This document shows, piece after piece, positions 9,753 through 19,898 of a stretch of 64,000 nt of DNA (position 1 is the first letter of the stretch; the number at the start of each line of letters is the position of its first letter). Location: the NCBI GenBank assembly GCA_965662895.1, contig CBFIJH010000001.1, forward strand, positions 1-64,000, in the 5' to 3' direction. Both the position numbers and the translations under genes were made by a program. The notes beneath the pieces were generated by a model, which saw only the letters and a program-made list of their open reading frames with translations, did not search any database and was not told the DNA's origin. The stretch is from Candidatus Poseidoniaceae archaeon (GTDB lineage Archaea > Thermoplasmatota > Poseidoniia > Poseidoniales > Poseidoniaceae).

Positions 9753-9922
9753 TGGGTGAACCAAATCCAAAAGCAAAGTGGTCAAAATATGCAATTGCAG
9801 ATGATGGTACGCTCGAGCGTAAATCCGAGCATTGTCCAAACTGCGGACCTGGTGTTTTCCTAGGAATCCATGCTGATCGCAAGACCTGTGGTCGTTGTGG
9901 TTACACCGTTAAGATTGAGTGA
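9749..9922 (+). CDS. rps27ae: 30S ribosomal protein S27ae (missed by the ORF track, 57 aa)
   Basis: Manual translation [57 protein letters not shown]; CPxCG-GVF...H-DR-CGxCGYT signature; ATGA overlap with rps24e. Confidence 0.95.
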   Translation: MMGEPNPKAKWSKYAIADDGTLERKSEHCPNCGPGVFLGIHADRKTCGRCGYTVKIE

Positions 9923-10845
9923 CGCAGCACTCCATCGTTTGATAGCATCCAGACCTGTTCGTCTTTGAGCAGATGCTGAACGACAACCTCGTCATGATTT
10001 TGGCATTGAACTCCTTTTTCATCGAGCGATATTTCTTCGCGCCAGCCCGAGAGAATCCACCTTGATTCCTCGACGCTCAAGGCATGTTGGATTGGCCCTT
10101 TGGTTGCGATATCGGCAACACATTGCCCTGATTTGTATTGATAACAACGACCGTTGCTGAGCAGGAGTAAGCGTTCATCTTTCGTTCCAAAAACGTCGGA
10201 AAGCCCTCCATCGAGTTCAAAATGTCCGCGACCAATAACGGAACCGTTCTCTTTGGAGAGTCTTAGGCATCCACCTGCACGAGACCAAACTTCAACGCTG
10301 GTCTGTGTTTCATGAAGTGTGACAGTCTCTTGACTCATTGGAAGTTGGGCGAGTTCGGGCCACTCTGGAGGAGGTGCTCTCCACAGTTCAATTCCAGTCT
10401 TATCAAACGCGTAGACCCCTCGATTCCAGAGAACGAAGACAAATCCATCGTTCATTGTCGTCATTGCGAGTGGTTCAGCATCGAGGACATGTGCCCATGA
10501 TGCACCCTCGGGTAGAATCGCTTGTTCAAGAGAACGTGCAGTACGCAGGTCTCCCCGTTCAACCCCTTCGATGAACGGCCGGTCAAGAGGTAAACATCCC
10601 ATCCTTGCAATCAAAAGTTCACGATCAATCCACGTTGCAATCAGCACATCATCGACAATTATGGCCTGTTGGAAGGACATAGGAAAGGGTCGGGCATATT
10701 CCTCCAATGGCTTGAATTCAGCATCGAGTCGACACAGTTCACCATCGATTCCGATTGCTACGGCGTAGACACCCTCAACATTGGGAGTTTCGAGAATCTT
10801 CGTTGTTCGAAAGGGCAATTGTATCGAATGCATGCTTTCGACCAT
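9901..10845 (-). CDS. hypothetical protein, possibly beta-propeller (start uncertain: 10833/10845/10860)
   Basis: Long ORF with beta-rich repeats ([14 protein letters not shown]); 3' end overlaps rps27ae by 22 nt. Confidence 0.65.
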   Translation of the reverse strand: MVESMHSIQLPFRTTKILETPNVEGVYAVAIGIDGELCRLDAEFKPLEEYARPFPMSFQQAIIVDDVLIATWIDRELLIARMGCLPLDRPFIEGVERGDLRTARSLEQAILPEGASWAHVLDAEPLAMTTMNDGFVFVLWNRGVYAFDKTGIELWRAPPPEWPELAQLPMSQETVTLHETQTSVEVWSRAGGCLRLSKENGSVIGRGHFELDGGLSDVFGTKDERLLLLSNGRCYQYKSGQCVADIATKGPIQHALSVEESRWILSGWREEISLDEKGVQCQNHDEVVVQHLLKDEQVWMLSNDGVLRHSILTV

Positions 10846-10911
10846 GGTTGGTCGAAACATCGGTTCTTTGTCAATACTCGCTTTGAAGAAGTGGTTGTGA
10901 CTGGGCAAACC

Positions 10912-11868
10912 ATGGCCGATGTTGTTCTTATTGCAGTGAACAGCGACGACATCGCTTCGACAAATCAAGCCAAATATCTACTGGAGCTTCACCCTTGGTC
11001 TCAACGGAACGATGTTGAATCCTGTTCCGTATACGCACATCAGAATGTACGCATGTGGTTCTTGCCAAAGCGTATTTTATGGGAAGATCACCTTGATGTT
11101 CGTTGGAATCAAGCAACCTCTGAAACTGTTACAGAAGTCATATTTCCATCGAGGCATTCGGCTGCGAGTGGAAAACCGTGTCTCACCATTCATCCGATAG
11201 GCGTACCTCATCTTCCCCTCGATGACGAACCTCCTTTTGGAGGAAGATCAGGATTTGCGCCCCCTCCAAGTTCACGAATGGCTCCTTGGTGGAGATTGCT
11301 TCACCAAAAGTGGGCGCAACGGTCAATTCCCGACTTTACATTATCACTTGAAGTAACGCATCATGGCCCAATTCTCGATGTACCTGCGCTCTTTATTGAA
11401 GTCGGCTCGACCGAGCCGTATTGGCCGAACGAGGATGCTGCCAAACTCCTCGCAGAAGTTATCTCAGATGGACTTGGCCTCGATGGCGAGGAAAAAATGG
11501 AATCATGGAGCGATGCGAACGAAGGTGAACCTGTCCTCATAACCCTTGGCGGTGGCCATTATTCTCCGAAAGCAAACAAATTGGCCCTCGAGTCCAACGT
11601 ATGGTTGGGACATATGCTTGCGAATCATTCACTTCCTTTTGGCGAACAAGATGCTCCCGGTGACTTATGGAAGCAATCAATCGATGCAATTCTCTTGTCG
11701 ACGAAGCGAGCATATCCAGGTGGACGTTTGGTTTGCAACGTTGAGAAAAAATCCTTCAAAGGATGGCAACGTCAGTTAATCTACAATCACCTTGAATCTC
11801 TCGGAATCGATGTTGTTCGTTCTAATGCTTTCTTGGAAATGGTCAAAAGATGTCGCTTGAAGCAATGA
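10912..11868 (+). CDS. dtdA: D-aminoacyl-tRNA deacylase (archaeal DtdA/GEK1 type)
   Basis: DIASTN, IFPSRHSAASGKPCLTIHPIG, SLEVTHHGP, PALFIEVGSTEPYW, LGGGHYSPK. Confidence 0.92.
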   Translation: MADVVLIAVNSDDIASTNQAKYLLELHPWSQRNDVESCSVYAHQNVRMWFLPKRILWEDHLDVRWNQATSETVTEVIFPSRHSAASGKPCLTIHPIGVPHLPLDDEPPFGGRSGFAPPPSSRMAPWWRLLHQKWAQRSIPDFTLSLEVTHHGPILDVPALFIEVGSTEPYWPNEDAAKLLAEVISDGLGLDGEEKMESWSDANEGEPVLITLGGGHYSPKANKLALESNVWLGHMLANHSLPFGEQDAPGDLWKQSIDAILLSTKRAYPGGRLVCNVEKKSFKGWQRQLIYNHLESLGIDVVRSNAFLEMVKRCRLKQ

Positions 11869-11884
11869 GAATGAGGGCACAGAA

Positions 11885-12853
11885 ATGATCTCGAGACTCA
11901 TCGTTGCAATGACGTTACGGATGCCAAGATGGTTTGTCCGTTGGGTTTCGCGACGTTATGTCGCTGGTTCGATACTTCAGGATGCAGTAGGTGTGATGAA
12001 ACGTTTGGAGTCCGAAGGAGCATGTTTTACAATCGACGTCCTTGGTGAAGAGATTTCATCAATGAGCGAAGCTCAATTTTTCCTCGATGAATATGTGCGA
12101 GTTATGAATGCAATTGTCGAGAACAATTTTGATGCAAATTTATCCATTAAGCCAACGGCTTTTGGTTTACTCATCGATAAGGAAAAAGGAATGGAGAACA
12201 TTGAATCCCTCGTAAAGCAGGCTGCTGCTCATGATATGTTCGTTCGATTGGACATGGAAGACCATCGTGTTACCACTGAGACAATTCAAGTCGTCGTCGA
12301 CCTGCATGAAAAAGGATTGACAAATGTTGGTACGGTTCTTCAAGGGCGTTTGCATAGAACTCCCGACGACATTGAAAATGTGGCTTCCAGTCTCGGAGGA
12401 AATGCCGATTATCGTATCTGCAAAGGCATTTATCTTGAACCAGAAAATATTGCATACACCTCAAGGAGCGATATTCGTGAGAAAACCAATGACGCGATTC
12501 GAATGGCCCTTGAGCAAGGAGCATACGTTGGTGTAGCATCCCACGACAAACCCGTCATCGACTACACGCTGAATGTTCTGAACGAGTTCAACATGGGTCC
12601 ATCCAAAGACGATCCTCGAGAAAACGCAGGTAGTCCAAGAAAAGGAAAAGGTCCGGGCTATGAGTTTCAAATGTTGCTTGGCGTGCGTGGCCCGATGCGT
12701 CGGGAGTTGATGAAGGCAGGTCATCGAACCAGAGTTTACATACCATACGGCGAGAAGTGGTATGAATACAGCATACGAAGGTTGCAGGAGAATCCTACGA
12801 TTGGGTTGCAAATTGCCAAGGCTTTCTTGATGCCATGGACCAATCGACCGTAA
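11885..12853 (+). CDS. monofunctional proline dehydrogenase
   Basis: RRYVAG, IDVLGE, LSIKPTAFGL, VRLDMED, RICKGIYLEP, VASHD, EFQMLLGVR, RVYIPYGEKWYEYSIRRLQENP. Confidence 0.93.
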   Translation: MISRLIVAMTLRMPRWFVRWVSRRYVAGSILQDAVGVMKRLESEGACFTIDVLGEEISSMSEAQFFLDEYVRVMNAIVENNFDANLSIKPTAFGLLIDKEKGMENIESLVKQAAAHDMFVRLDMEDHRVTTETIQVVVDLHEKGLTNVGTVLQGRLHRTPDDIENVASSLGGNADYRICKGIYLEPENIAYTSRSDIREKTNDAIRMALEQGAYVGVASHDKPVIDYTLNVLNEFNMGPSKDDPRENAGSPRKGKGPGYEFQMLLGVRGPMRRELMKAGHRTRVYIPYGEKWYEYSIRRLQENPTIGLQIAKAFLMPWTNRP

Positions 12854-13624
12854 TCACTTTCTCGCATTCTTTTTCTTTCGCTTGTTGGTTGGTTGAACAC
12901 GTTTTTTGATGTGTTCTTTGGGCAGAATTGGGTTTGGATTGAAACCAAGCCGACCTTCTTTCCAAGCTTGACGACGCTCTCGTGGCGTTTTCGGCTCGAA
13001 ACGTTCTGGTCGAGGTGGTTCGTGGAGATACATGCGTTTGATTTTTGATGCATCAACACTGCCTCGAAGGGTTCGACCTTCGCCCGTGTGTATTGCTCGA
13101 ATTCGCCAAGTCTGGACGCCGAGTTCGAGAATGGTTCCAGCCTTGAAAATGGTTCCTTCTTCAACGATGAGAACATCCGGCGTCGAGAATTCACCCCGCG
13201 TTTTTGTGATTTTTACGCGAAGCATATCCTGACGAAGAGCTACAGCTCGAATCAAATTCTTTGCTTCGATTTCTTCGACAGGGCCTGCTTCGGATTCTAA
13301 TCGAGTTATTCTCCAAGCCATGTCATCGTGTTCAAACACATCGTTGATTTCGAGCCATTCATCAGCATCAAGATCGATTGTAGCCATCGACGATTCAGGC
13401 CCTTCGGTGAGCATAAATGGTACCCGTTTGAGTGGTGGTGCCCTGAATTGTATCTCATGAACAGTTGTGCAGATTTCGCATCGCAGGAGGTAATCCTTCC
13501 CTCGGCCGATTTCCTTTTCTTTGAGAATTTGATGACCGGTTACGTCCTCACACGTTGGACAAAGTACCGCATTTTCCAAGACCTCTTCATCATCGAAGTC
13601 GTCCTCCTCAAAACCGTCATCCAT
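12854..13624 (-). CDS. archaeal zinc-finger protein (HVO_0476-like)
   Basis: CPTC...HQILK...LLRCEICTTVH; ITRLES; basic C-terminal tail. Confidence 0.75.
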   Translation of the reverse strand: MDDGFEEDDFDDEEVLENAVLCPTCEDVTGHQILKEKEIGRGKDYLLRCEICTTVHEIQFRAPPLKRVPFMLTEGPESSMATIDLDADEWLEINDVFEHDDMAWRITRLESEAGPVEEIEAKNLIRAVALRQDMLRVKITKTRGEFSTPDVLIVEEGTIFKAGTILELGVQTWRIRAIHTGEGRTLRGSVDASKIKRMYLHEPPRPERFEPKTPRERRQAWKEGRLGFNPNPILPKEHIKKRVQPTNKRKKKNARK

Positions 13625-13717
13625 GCTTCTCAAGGCTATCTCGATGCATATCCCCTTTGAATCCACCGCATGTGGTTCTGTCACAGTGTTCAAAACAAAG
13701 CGTTGCTAGGTGTTGCC

Positions 13718-14434
13718 ATGAGCGAGGTGAGTCGAGACGAGGTTCTTCCAAGTCTACTCACGGCAGACCACGAACGTTCAAGGGATGAACCAGAAATTGC
13801 AGCGAACATCGCAACCCAACTTGAACACATGGGGTTGTCAACCTGGTCAATCTCCGTTCTTCGCCGCTTGAGAGATGCCATCGGACGACAAAGCCCAAAG
13901 CGTGTTTTAGAAGTTGGAGGGGGAATAGGGCACCGTTCAGCATGGCTTTTTGATTTGTTCAACAACGAGACAACCGATCGCTTTGATATCATCGAACAAG
14001 GAGCAAAGTTCGGCGTCATTCTTCATCGTCTGCAAACACGCTACGATGCTTCCTCATGGTCTTCCATAATCGTCAATGACTTCGCAACGCTCTGTGCGGA
14101 GGAAAAGGCTTGGAAATTGACCACAACATCAGGTGTAGGTATTGATGAGCGAAGATTGTCAGAGCACTACGACGCAATCGTCATCGATTCTCCACTTTCG
14201 CGCCTTGCCGGAGATTTGCAAAATGGTCTCGATTTACTCGCACCAAACGGCGTATTGTACACAGTTGAACCAGAAACGCCTGTCGGTGATTACGATGAAC
14301 TTGATGATGATGGACGAGCCAAAGTTGATGGGTTTAACAAGTGGATTGAGATTATCCAATTAACGCAGTCCACTCATCACATCGCTTTCGTACCAGTGTT
14401 CGGTGGAACAATTGTGGCTTTTTTCAGACGGTAG
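13718..14434 (+). CDS. class I SAM-dependent methyltransferase-like protein
   Basis: PKRVLEVGGGIG motif I, YDAIVIDS, LLAPNGVLY. Confidence 0.7.
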   Translation: MSEVSRDEVLPSLLTADHERSRDEPEIAANIATQLEHMGLSTWSISVLRRLRDAIGRQSPKRVLEVGGGIGHRSAWLFDLFNNETTDRFDIIEQGAKFGVILHRLQTRYDASSWSSIIVNDFATLCAEEKAWKLTTTSGVGIDERRLSEHYDAIVIDSPLSRLAGDLQNGLDLLAPNGVLYTVEPETPVGDYDELDDDGRAKVDGFNKWIEIIQLTQSTHHIAFVPVFGGTIVAFFRR

Positions 14435-15566
14435 CCTCTTGTTCAGCCTTCTCCAACAATGCGTCAACATCCAGCAAACCATAGCCGTAGTTGTCGTCAT
14501 GGCCGGATTGGCCATCGCTTGGTTTCACGGTTTGCATGATCCAATCCTTGACCGTGTCAATGGTTGATACGTCTCCTGAGGTTCCGTTACTTGCAAGCTG
14601 GGGCTGTGCTTCAAGAAGAATCGCAATTGCACCCGTAACAAAGACCGTTGCTGCACTGGTTCCGCTCGAAGACGACCACGTCCCTTGCGTGTTCAGTACT
14701 GGCACATCCTTTGCAGGAGCAACCAATTCTGGCTTTTTATCAGGATCGCCTCGAGGTAATTTAGGGGGGAAGAAGCTCCCTCCATTGTTGCCTTTAGATG
14801 ATTTTGACCAATGACTGCCAGATGTCGATACACCACCAACACAGATAACTCTTCGTTCACTACCGGGTGAGGCAACATCGCCATCATCGTCTTCGCCTCC
14901 ATCATTGCCTGCAGCAGCAATGACGAAAATTCCTCTCGCAGTTGCATCGTTCACAGAATCCTCAATGGTTCGACTGGACGAACCTAGAAGCGGAAAGAGA
15001 TCTTGTCCACCACCCAATGAAAGCGAGATGATGTTGACGTTTTGATTGACGCACCAATCGATACCCGAGACAACATCTTCCTCATAACCTGAACCATTGG
15101 CAAGCAGGGATTTTGCGATGTATAAATTGACATTTTTCGCCATTCCGTTCATCCAACCATCTGCGACCAAAATCCCAGCCATGTTCGTTCCATGACCGTT
15201 ATCGTCGTAAGGATTGGATTTCCCTTGAACAATGTCAACCCAACCTGCCACATCGAACCCTTCCAAATCAGGATGATTCAATTCCATACCCGTGTCGACA
15301 ATGCAAACATTGACGCCTTTCCCGGAGTAGGTTTCAGGGAGGTTAATCAAGTTGTAGTAAGCAGTCTCGGATTCCATTAACTCATCACTTGGCTTTACGA
15401 AGGTAAACCCGTCTCCAACAATGATGTTGTACGCAAACCCTGCGACAAGAATCAAGAGTGCAGCCGTTGCTATGCTGACAACTCTTCGCACGATTTGGAG
15501 GTCTTTCTCCAATTGTGGAGGAAGGGGTTTGACATCGTTTCCGGAACCAGTCTCTTCAGACATCAT
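14424..15566 (-). CDS. membrane-anchored S8 (subtilisin-like) serine peptidase
   Basis: Triad motifs IVDTG, NGHGTNMAG, SGTSAAT; oxyanion AAAGN; N-terminal TM; YGYGLLD. Confidence 0.9.
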   Translation of the reverse strand: MMSEETGSGNDVKPLPPQLEKDLQIVRRVVSIATAALLILVAGFAYNIIVGDGFTFVKPSDELMESETAYYNLINLPETYSGKGVNVCIVDTGMELNHPDLEGFDVAGWVDIVQGKSNPYDDNGHGTNMAGILVADGWMNGMAKNVNLYIAKSLLANGSGYEEDVVSGIDWCVNQNVNIISLSLGGGQDLFPLLGSSSRTIEDSVNDATARGIFVIAAAGNDGGEDDDGDVASPGSERRVICVGGVSTSGSHWSKSSKGNNGGSFFPPKLPRGDPDKKPELVAPAKDVPVLNTQGTWSSSSGTSAATVFVTGAIAILLEAQPQLASNGTSGDVSTIDTVKDWIMQTVKPSDGQSGHDDNYGYGLLDVDALLEKAEQEATV

Positions 15567-15572
15567 CCACCC

Positions 15573-16796
15573 TCAATAGAATGCTTGAACAGCTTCAGAA
15601 AATGTATCGACAAAACGTTTGACATCTTCCTCCGTGTTGTAGAAATACGCCGAAGCTCGGAGCGATCCACTGTAACCACGGTCGTTGAACCATGAATGAA
15701 CACAATGTTGGCCAGATCGAACCATGACGCCCGAAACTTCATCCAAGAGTAAAGCAATATCATGCGCAGGGAGTTTTTCATCGAGAAGAAGTGAACAAAT
15801 ACCTCCACGTTGCGATGCATCTTCAGGTCCGATAATTGAAACACCTTGCAAATCTTTCACGCCTTCGGACATGATGCGGTTTAGTTTCACTTCGTGTTCA
15901 TGAACATGTTGCATGTCCAATGCAGAGAGATAGTCGATTGCAGCTCCCGTTGCCATCATTCCAGCAAAGTGACCCAAACCCCCCTCAAATTTTGAGGGCG
16001 CACTCGCCCATTCCATGCCATCGTAATGTGATGTTTTGACAGTCTGACCTCCAGATTGTATCGTACGCATCGAATTGAGCAATTCTTCTTTCCCCCACAA
16101 TCCACCCATGCCAGATGGACCGAGCATTTTGTGAATCGAGAAGGCGAAGAAGTCGATGTCGAGATCTTGGACATCAACCGGCATGTGTGGCGCTGATTGA
16201 GCACCATCGATGCAAACCAAAGCATCGTAATCTTTGGCAATTTTTGCAATTTCTCGAACTGGTGTTTCTATTCCGTCAAGATTTCCAACATGACTGACAG
16301 ATACCATTCGTAGTTGTTTTCCTGCGTCTGCACATGCCGCCTCAAAGCCCTCCAAATCGAATGTATTGTCCGGGTTCGAGGCAACGACTCGATGGTCAAC
16401 ACCTTGTTCTTCCTCAAGCTGCAACCATGGTACTAGATTGGAATTGTGTTCTCGATCGGTTGTCAAGACGATGTCATCTTTTTCCCAAGAAAGTCCTTTT
16501 GCGATTTGATTCAGGCTGTGCGTGGCGTTTCGAGTAAAAACCATCTCGTTGATGGAAGGGGCGTTGATAAATCCTTGAAGTTTCTTTCGAGATCGAGAAA
16601 TCGTCCTTGAAACCTCGGTGCCATAGCGATGCACAGAGCGTCCTCCACAGCCTGGTGTTTTTGTGTAGTAATCCGCAATGGCATCGATAACAGCTTGCGG
16701 GCGAAGTGTTACACAAGCATTGTCAAGATACGCTACAGGATTTTCTTCACGAAGTGCGGGAAAGTTTTCTCGATGTTGTCGTAAATCCATCACCAT
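15573..16796 (-). CDS. sufS: cysteine desulfurase (SufS/Csd group, class V PLP enzyme)
   Basis: AYLDNA, FTRNAT, EHNSNLVPW, DGAQS, FSIHKMLGPSG, VRSGQHC, RASAYFYNT. Confidence 0.88.
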   Translation of the reverse strand: MVMDLRQHRENFPALREENPVAYLDNACVTLRPQAVIDAIADYYTKTPGCGGRSVHRYGTEVSRTISRSRKKLQGFINAPSINEMVFTRNATHSLNQIAKGLSWEKDDIVLTTDREHNSNLVPWLQLEEEQGVDHRVVASNPDNTFDLEGFEAACADAGKQLRMVSVSHVGNLDGIETPVREIAKIAKDYDALVCIDGAQSAPHMPVDVQDLDIDFFAFSIHKMLGPSGMGGLWGKEELLNSMRTIQSGGQTVKTSHYDGMEWASAPSKFEGGLGHFAGMMATGAAIDYLSALDMQHVHEHEVKLNRIMSEGVKDLQGVSIIGPEDASQRGGICSLLLDEKLPAHDIALLLDEVSGVMVRSGQHCVHSWFNDRGYSGSLRASAYFYNTEEDVKRFVDTFSEAVQAFY

Positions 16797-17761
16797 GCCT
16801 CCTCATCTGGGGATACCTCAACAGGTTCAGTTTTGCTCAGGAGATCAGCATCTGCTGAGACTGCCGCTTTCGTTCGAACCTGTGCCTCAGCGCCTAACAT
16901 TCGTTGTGGGAACCAGATTGTCCAAATGATAAGCGGAACGGAGACGATTGAAAAGATGAGGTGCAAAAGCAAAGACCATGTTCGAGAACCAGTGCGCTCA
17001 GCGATATAATTCGCTCCAGCCCACGCACCTAGCATGGCGGAGAATGCCCATGAGAGGCAGACGAAGACCCATCCGGCTAGGGAATGCTCACGCATCGCAG
17101 TCTCCATGACGCGAACGTCTTCATGCAGATGGTGGGTTTCAACATGCAGGTCTCTTGTTTCTCGTACGGCTTTGATGAAGAAATACAAAAAGAATACACA
17201 AACGAGTGTGATCAAAAATCCTCCCATCATCTCAGAAAGTGATAAGGAGAGGGGGAAATTCTTATTGTAGGAATGAAAATAAATTTGGGCGAATCCAAAT
17301 CCAGACCAAATCAGCAACAAGGTGATGGTATGCGTACGCATGATCGGAAACAATTGGACAAGTGAAAACAGAAACCATCCCCAACACACTAAGGAAAGGA
17401 CCATCTGAAAATATGCCGTACCGCCTGCTTCTTGCAAACCTTCCAGACCAGCTATCTTGGCATTGCCTCCGTCAAAAATGTCTCCATTCAAGGCGCCCAA
17501 GAGAACTGCGGAAATTGCTGCAACAAGTGCAATTGTGTAGCGTTGATTCCAATCGTTGCGCAGCAACTTCCATTGAAAAACAAGTTCTTGACGAACTGAT
17601 TGGACAAATGGATGGACGTCAAAGAACTGCGACTTGATTTCGATGTCCTCAAGACGGAATGGAAGAGCACCATGCGATGCGTCTTTGGTCGCCGAATCGC
17701 CACCGTCCATGTCAAGCGGAGTCGGTTCACCTTTGAGTCTGTTGCGATGGACCATTGACAA
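16790..17761 (-). CDS. multi-pass membrane protein of unknown function
   Basis: About 6 hydrophobic segments; stop overlaps the sufS start. Confidence 0.7.
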   Translation of the reverse strand: MSMVHRNRLKGEPTPLDMDGGDSATKDASHGALPFRLEDIEIKSQFFDVHPFVQSVRQELVFQWKLLRNDWNQRYTIALVAAISAVLLGALNGDIFDGGNAKIAGLEGLQEAGGTAYFQMVLSLVCWGWFLFSLVQLFPIMRTHTITLLLIWSGFGFAQIYFHSYNKNFPLSLSLSEMMGGFLITLVCVFFLYFFIKAVRETRDLHVETHHLHEDVRVMETAMREHSLAGWVFVCLSWAFSAMLGAWAGANYIAERTGSRTWSLLLHLIFSIVSVPLIIWTIWFPQRMLGAEAQVRTKAAVSADADLLSKTEPVEVSPDEEAW

Positions 17762-17803
17762 GGGTGAGCGTTAAACGGTGAACATGTTTCGCCCACATTG
17801 CGA

Positions 17804-17889
17804 GCCGAGATCGCATAGCCTGGTAGTGCGCGCGACTGGAAATCGCGTGGGCCTGTCCCTCGGGAGTTCAAATCTCTCTCTCGGCGCCA
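17804..17889 (+). tRNA. tRNA-Ser(GGA)
   Basis: Acceptor GCCGAGA/TCTCGGC, anticodon arm CGCGA-CTGGAAA-TCGCG, long variable arm, GTTCAAATC T-loop, encoded CCA. Confidence 0.96.
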
Positions 17890-17961
17890 TTTGACCATGC
17901 ATACCGTCGTTTACGCTTGACGCGAAGTGGTTATATCGAAATGCTTGGTGGCAAGGACGCC

Positions 17962-18036
17962 GCCACCGTGGCTTAGTGGTATAGCACCTCATTGGTAATG
18001 AGGAGGTCGCGAGTTCGATCCTCGCCGGTGGCTCCA
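17962..18036 (+). tRNA. tRNA-Thr(GGT)
   Basis: Acceptor GCCACCG/CGGTGGC, anticodon arm CCTCA-TTGGTAA-TGAGG, GTTCGATCC T-loop, encoded CCA; TTATAT box at 17931. Confidence 0.96.
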
Positions 18037-18136
18037 CTAGGAAATCGATGTTTAACCCGTCCTTTTTCAATAAACATTAATAGTCGTCGAACCAACCTTT
18101 CACGTGAAGAAGACTACTTCTTCGGATGGGATACAC

Positions 18137-18319
18137 ATGAGCAATGCTACTGAAAAGAAGACGGATACGCGAGCCAGAATTAAGGAGTTACAAATTCAAG
18201 TCGACGATTTGAAAGAATTAGTCAACACACTGTTGTCTGTAATTGTTGAGGAACCTGACGGTGTCCACACTGGTTCTGCTCCAACCTCGGGGCATCCACT
18301 GGCCAACACATGCATGTGA
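18137..18319 (+). CDS. small coiled-coil hypothetical protein (60 aa)
   Basis: RIKELQIQVDDLKELVNTLL heptad pattern; own TTAATA box near 18077; stop abuts the rtcB stop. Confidence 0.6.
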   Translation: MSNATEKKTDTRARIKELQIQVDDLKELVNTLLSVIVEEPDGVHTGSAPTSGHPLANTCM

Positions 18320-19795
18320 TTAGCCCTTGATAACCGCCATTGGCTCGAGACGAACAACCGGACGGGCCAATTCTGCTCTCATCGTATTTTCAATGACGGT
18401 ATCCACATTTTTGTACGCTTCAGGAGCTTCTTCAGAGAGAATGTTTTTGCTCGCTGCTTGAACGATAACACCTTTTTCTTTCAATTCAAGTCGTTTTGCT
18501 TCTGCATTAATTTGGCGCCGGGCAGCTGTACGTGACAACGCCCTTCCCGCACCGTGGCAAGCGCTACCAAATGCCTGGTTTTGTTGACTGCGAGGTCCTG
18601 CCATTATCCACGAACCTCGTCCCATGTCACCGGGCACGACAACCGGTTGGCCTGTTTGAGAGAAGGTATCGTGCAACTCGCCTTGATCGCCACTGAATGC
18701 TCGAGTTGCACCCTTTCGGTGAACGACGCATGTACAATTTTTGCCGTGGATCACATGGTCCTCAATTTTTGCAATGTTGTGCGAAACATCGTACAATGTT
18801 GAAAGTTCAATTTCTTCACCTAGTTCGGCTTTCAGTCCGTTGAACAAACGATCTGTCAGGACTGCGCGATTCGCAAAGGCATAATTTGCTGCAGTTCTCA
18901 TATCATTCAGATATGTTTGACCTTCCTTCGAGTGAATCGGTGCAGCAGCAAGTTGCCGGTCCGGTAACGAATATCCCCACTCTTCATCGACCCAAAGATT
19001 GCCTCGTTGTTTGAGTCGTAATTCGAGTTGATGGATGTGATCGCTGCAAACCTGGTGACCAAGTCCACGGGAGCCAGAATGAATCATAGCAATGACCTGG
19101 TTTTTGGAGAGGTTCCACTTTGTTGCAGTCTCATCATCGACGATTTCTGAAACCCGTTGCAGTTCGAGGAAGTGGTTTCCGCTTCCAAGCGTGCCGAGTG
19201 CTTTCATTCCTCGCTTCTTTGCTCGGTGACTGATGCTGACTTCATCAATTTCAAAGCAACCATCTGATTCAACCGTACCAGTTCTGTGGTGTTGGCCCAC
19301 GTCGATGGTTTCCAATTCAGTTAAACCTCCTCGAAGGATTGCTTCGAGGTTGGATTCTGTCATGGCGATACCGCCTTTACCTGACCCACCAGAAGGTATG
19401 CGACCGTTCAATCGCCGTGCAAGTTTCTCAAGATTTGGTATGTCTCCAACTTCAATATTTAACGCCACAGCTCGAACTCCACAATTGATATCGAATCCAA
19501 CGGCTCCAGGAGAGATTGCTCCTCCTTGATCGCCGTGTTCGATGTCGGTGGCGACAACACCTCCGATTGGAAGACCATATCCATAATGCCAATCAGCCAT
19601 GCCCCATGCCGTACCAACGACACCTGGAAGTTCAGTCGCATTCATCAATTGGATAGGTCCACGACCATCCTGATAACGTTCAATTTCTTCAAGGCTCGAA
19701 ATGATGGCGGCATCAACATTCATTCGGCCATGGGCCTTGATGCGTACAACTCCTGGCGAGGAGAGGTCGACATGCTTGGTCCATTCGGCAGCCAT
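18320..19795 (-). CDS. rtcB: RNA ligase RtcB (tRNA-splicing ligase)
   Basis: MADWHYGYGLPIGGV, VGFDINCGVR, GTLGSGNHFLE, HSGSRGLG, DVSHNIAK, HRKGATRA, PGDMG, SACHGAGR, EEAPEAYK. Confidence 0.96.
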   Translation of the reverse strand: MAAEWTKHVDLSSPGVVRIKAHGRMNVDAAIISSLEEIERYQDGRGPIQLMNATELPGVVGTAWGMADWHYGYGLPIGGVVATDIEHGDQGGAISPGAVGFDINCGVRAVALNIEVGDIPNLEKLARRLNGRIPSGGSGKGGIAMTESNLEAILRGGLTELETIDVGQHHRTGTVESDGCFEIDEVSISHRAKKRGMKALGTLGSGNHFLELQRVSEIVDDETATKWNLSKNQVIAMIHSGSRGLGHQVCSDHIHQLELRLKQRGNLWVDEEWGYSLPDRQLAAAPIHSKEGQTYLNDMRTAANYAFANRAVLTDRLFNGLKAELGEEIELSTLYDVSHNIAKIEDHVIHGKNCTCVVHRKGATRAFSGDQGELHDTFSQTGQPVVVPGDMGRGSWIMAGPRSQQNQAFGSACHGAGRALSRTAARRQINAEAKRLELKEKGVIVQAASKNILSEEAPEAYKNVDTVIENTMRAELARPVVRLEPMAVIKG

Positions 19796-19898
19796 GTTTG
19801 TCGTTCAACATCGTTCTTTTGATGATTTCCACAATTTCAAGGTATTGAAAGGGAGGGTTGAAAGGACGGGGGACCACCCGGAGAATGGAGGCGTTGGT

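Noticed and set aside
17804-18320. tRNA pair as integration site of a genomic island
   Set aside because: No integrase, no duplicated tRNA 3' end seen, housekeeping genes on both sides
18320-19795. Intein in RtcB (also considered for PolB2 and the topoisomerase)
   Set aside because: Lengths are normal and no intein splice or LAGLIDADG motifs are seen
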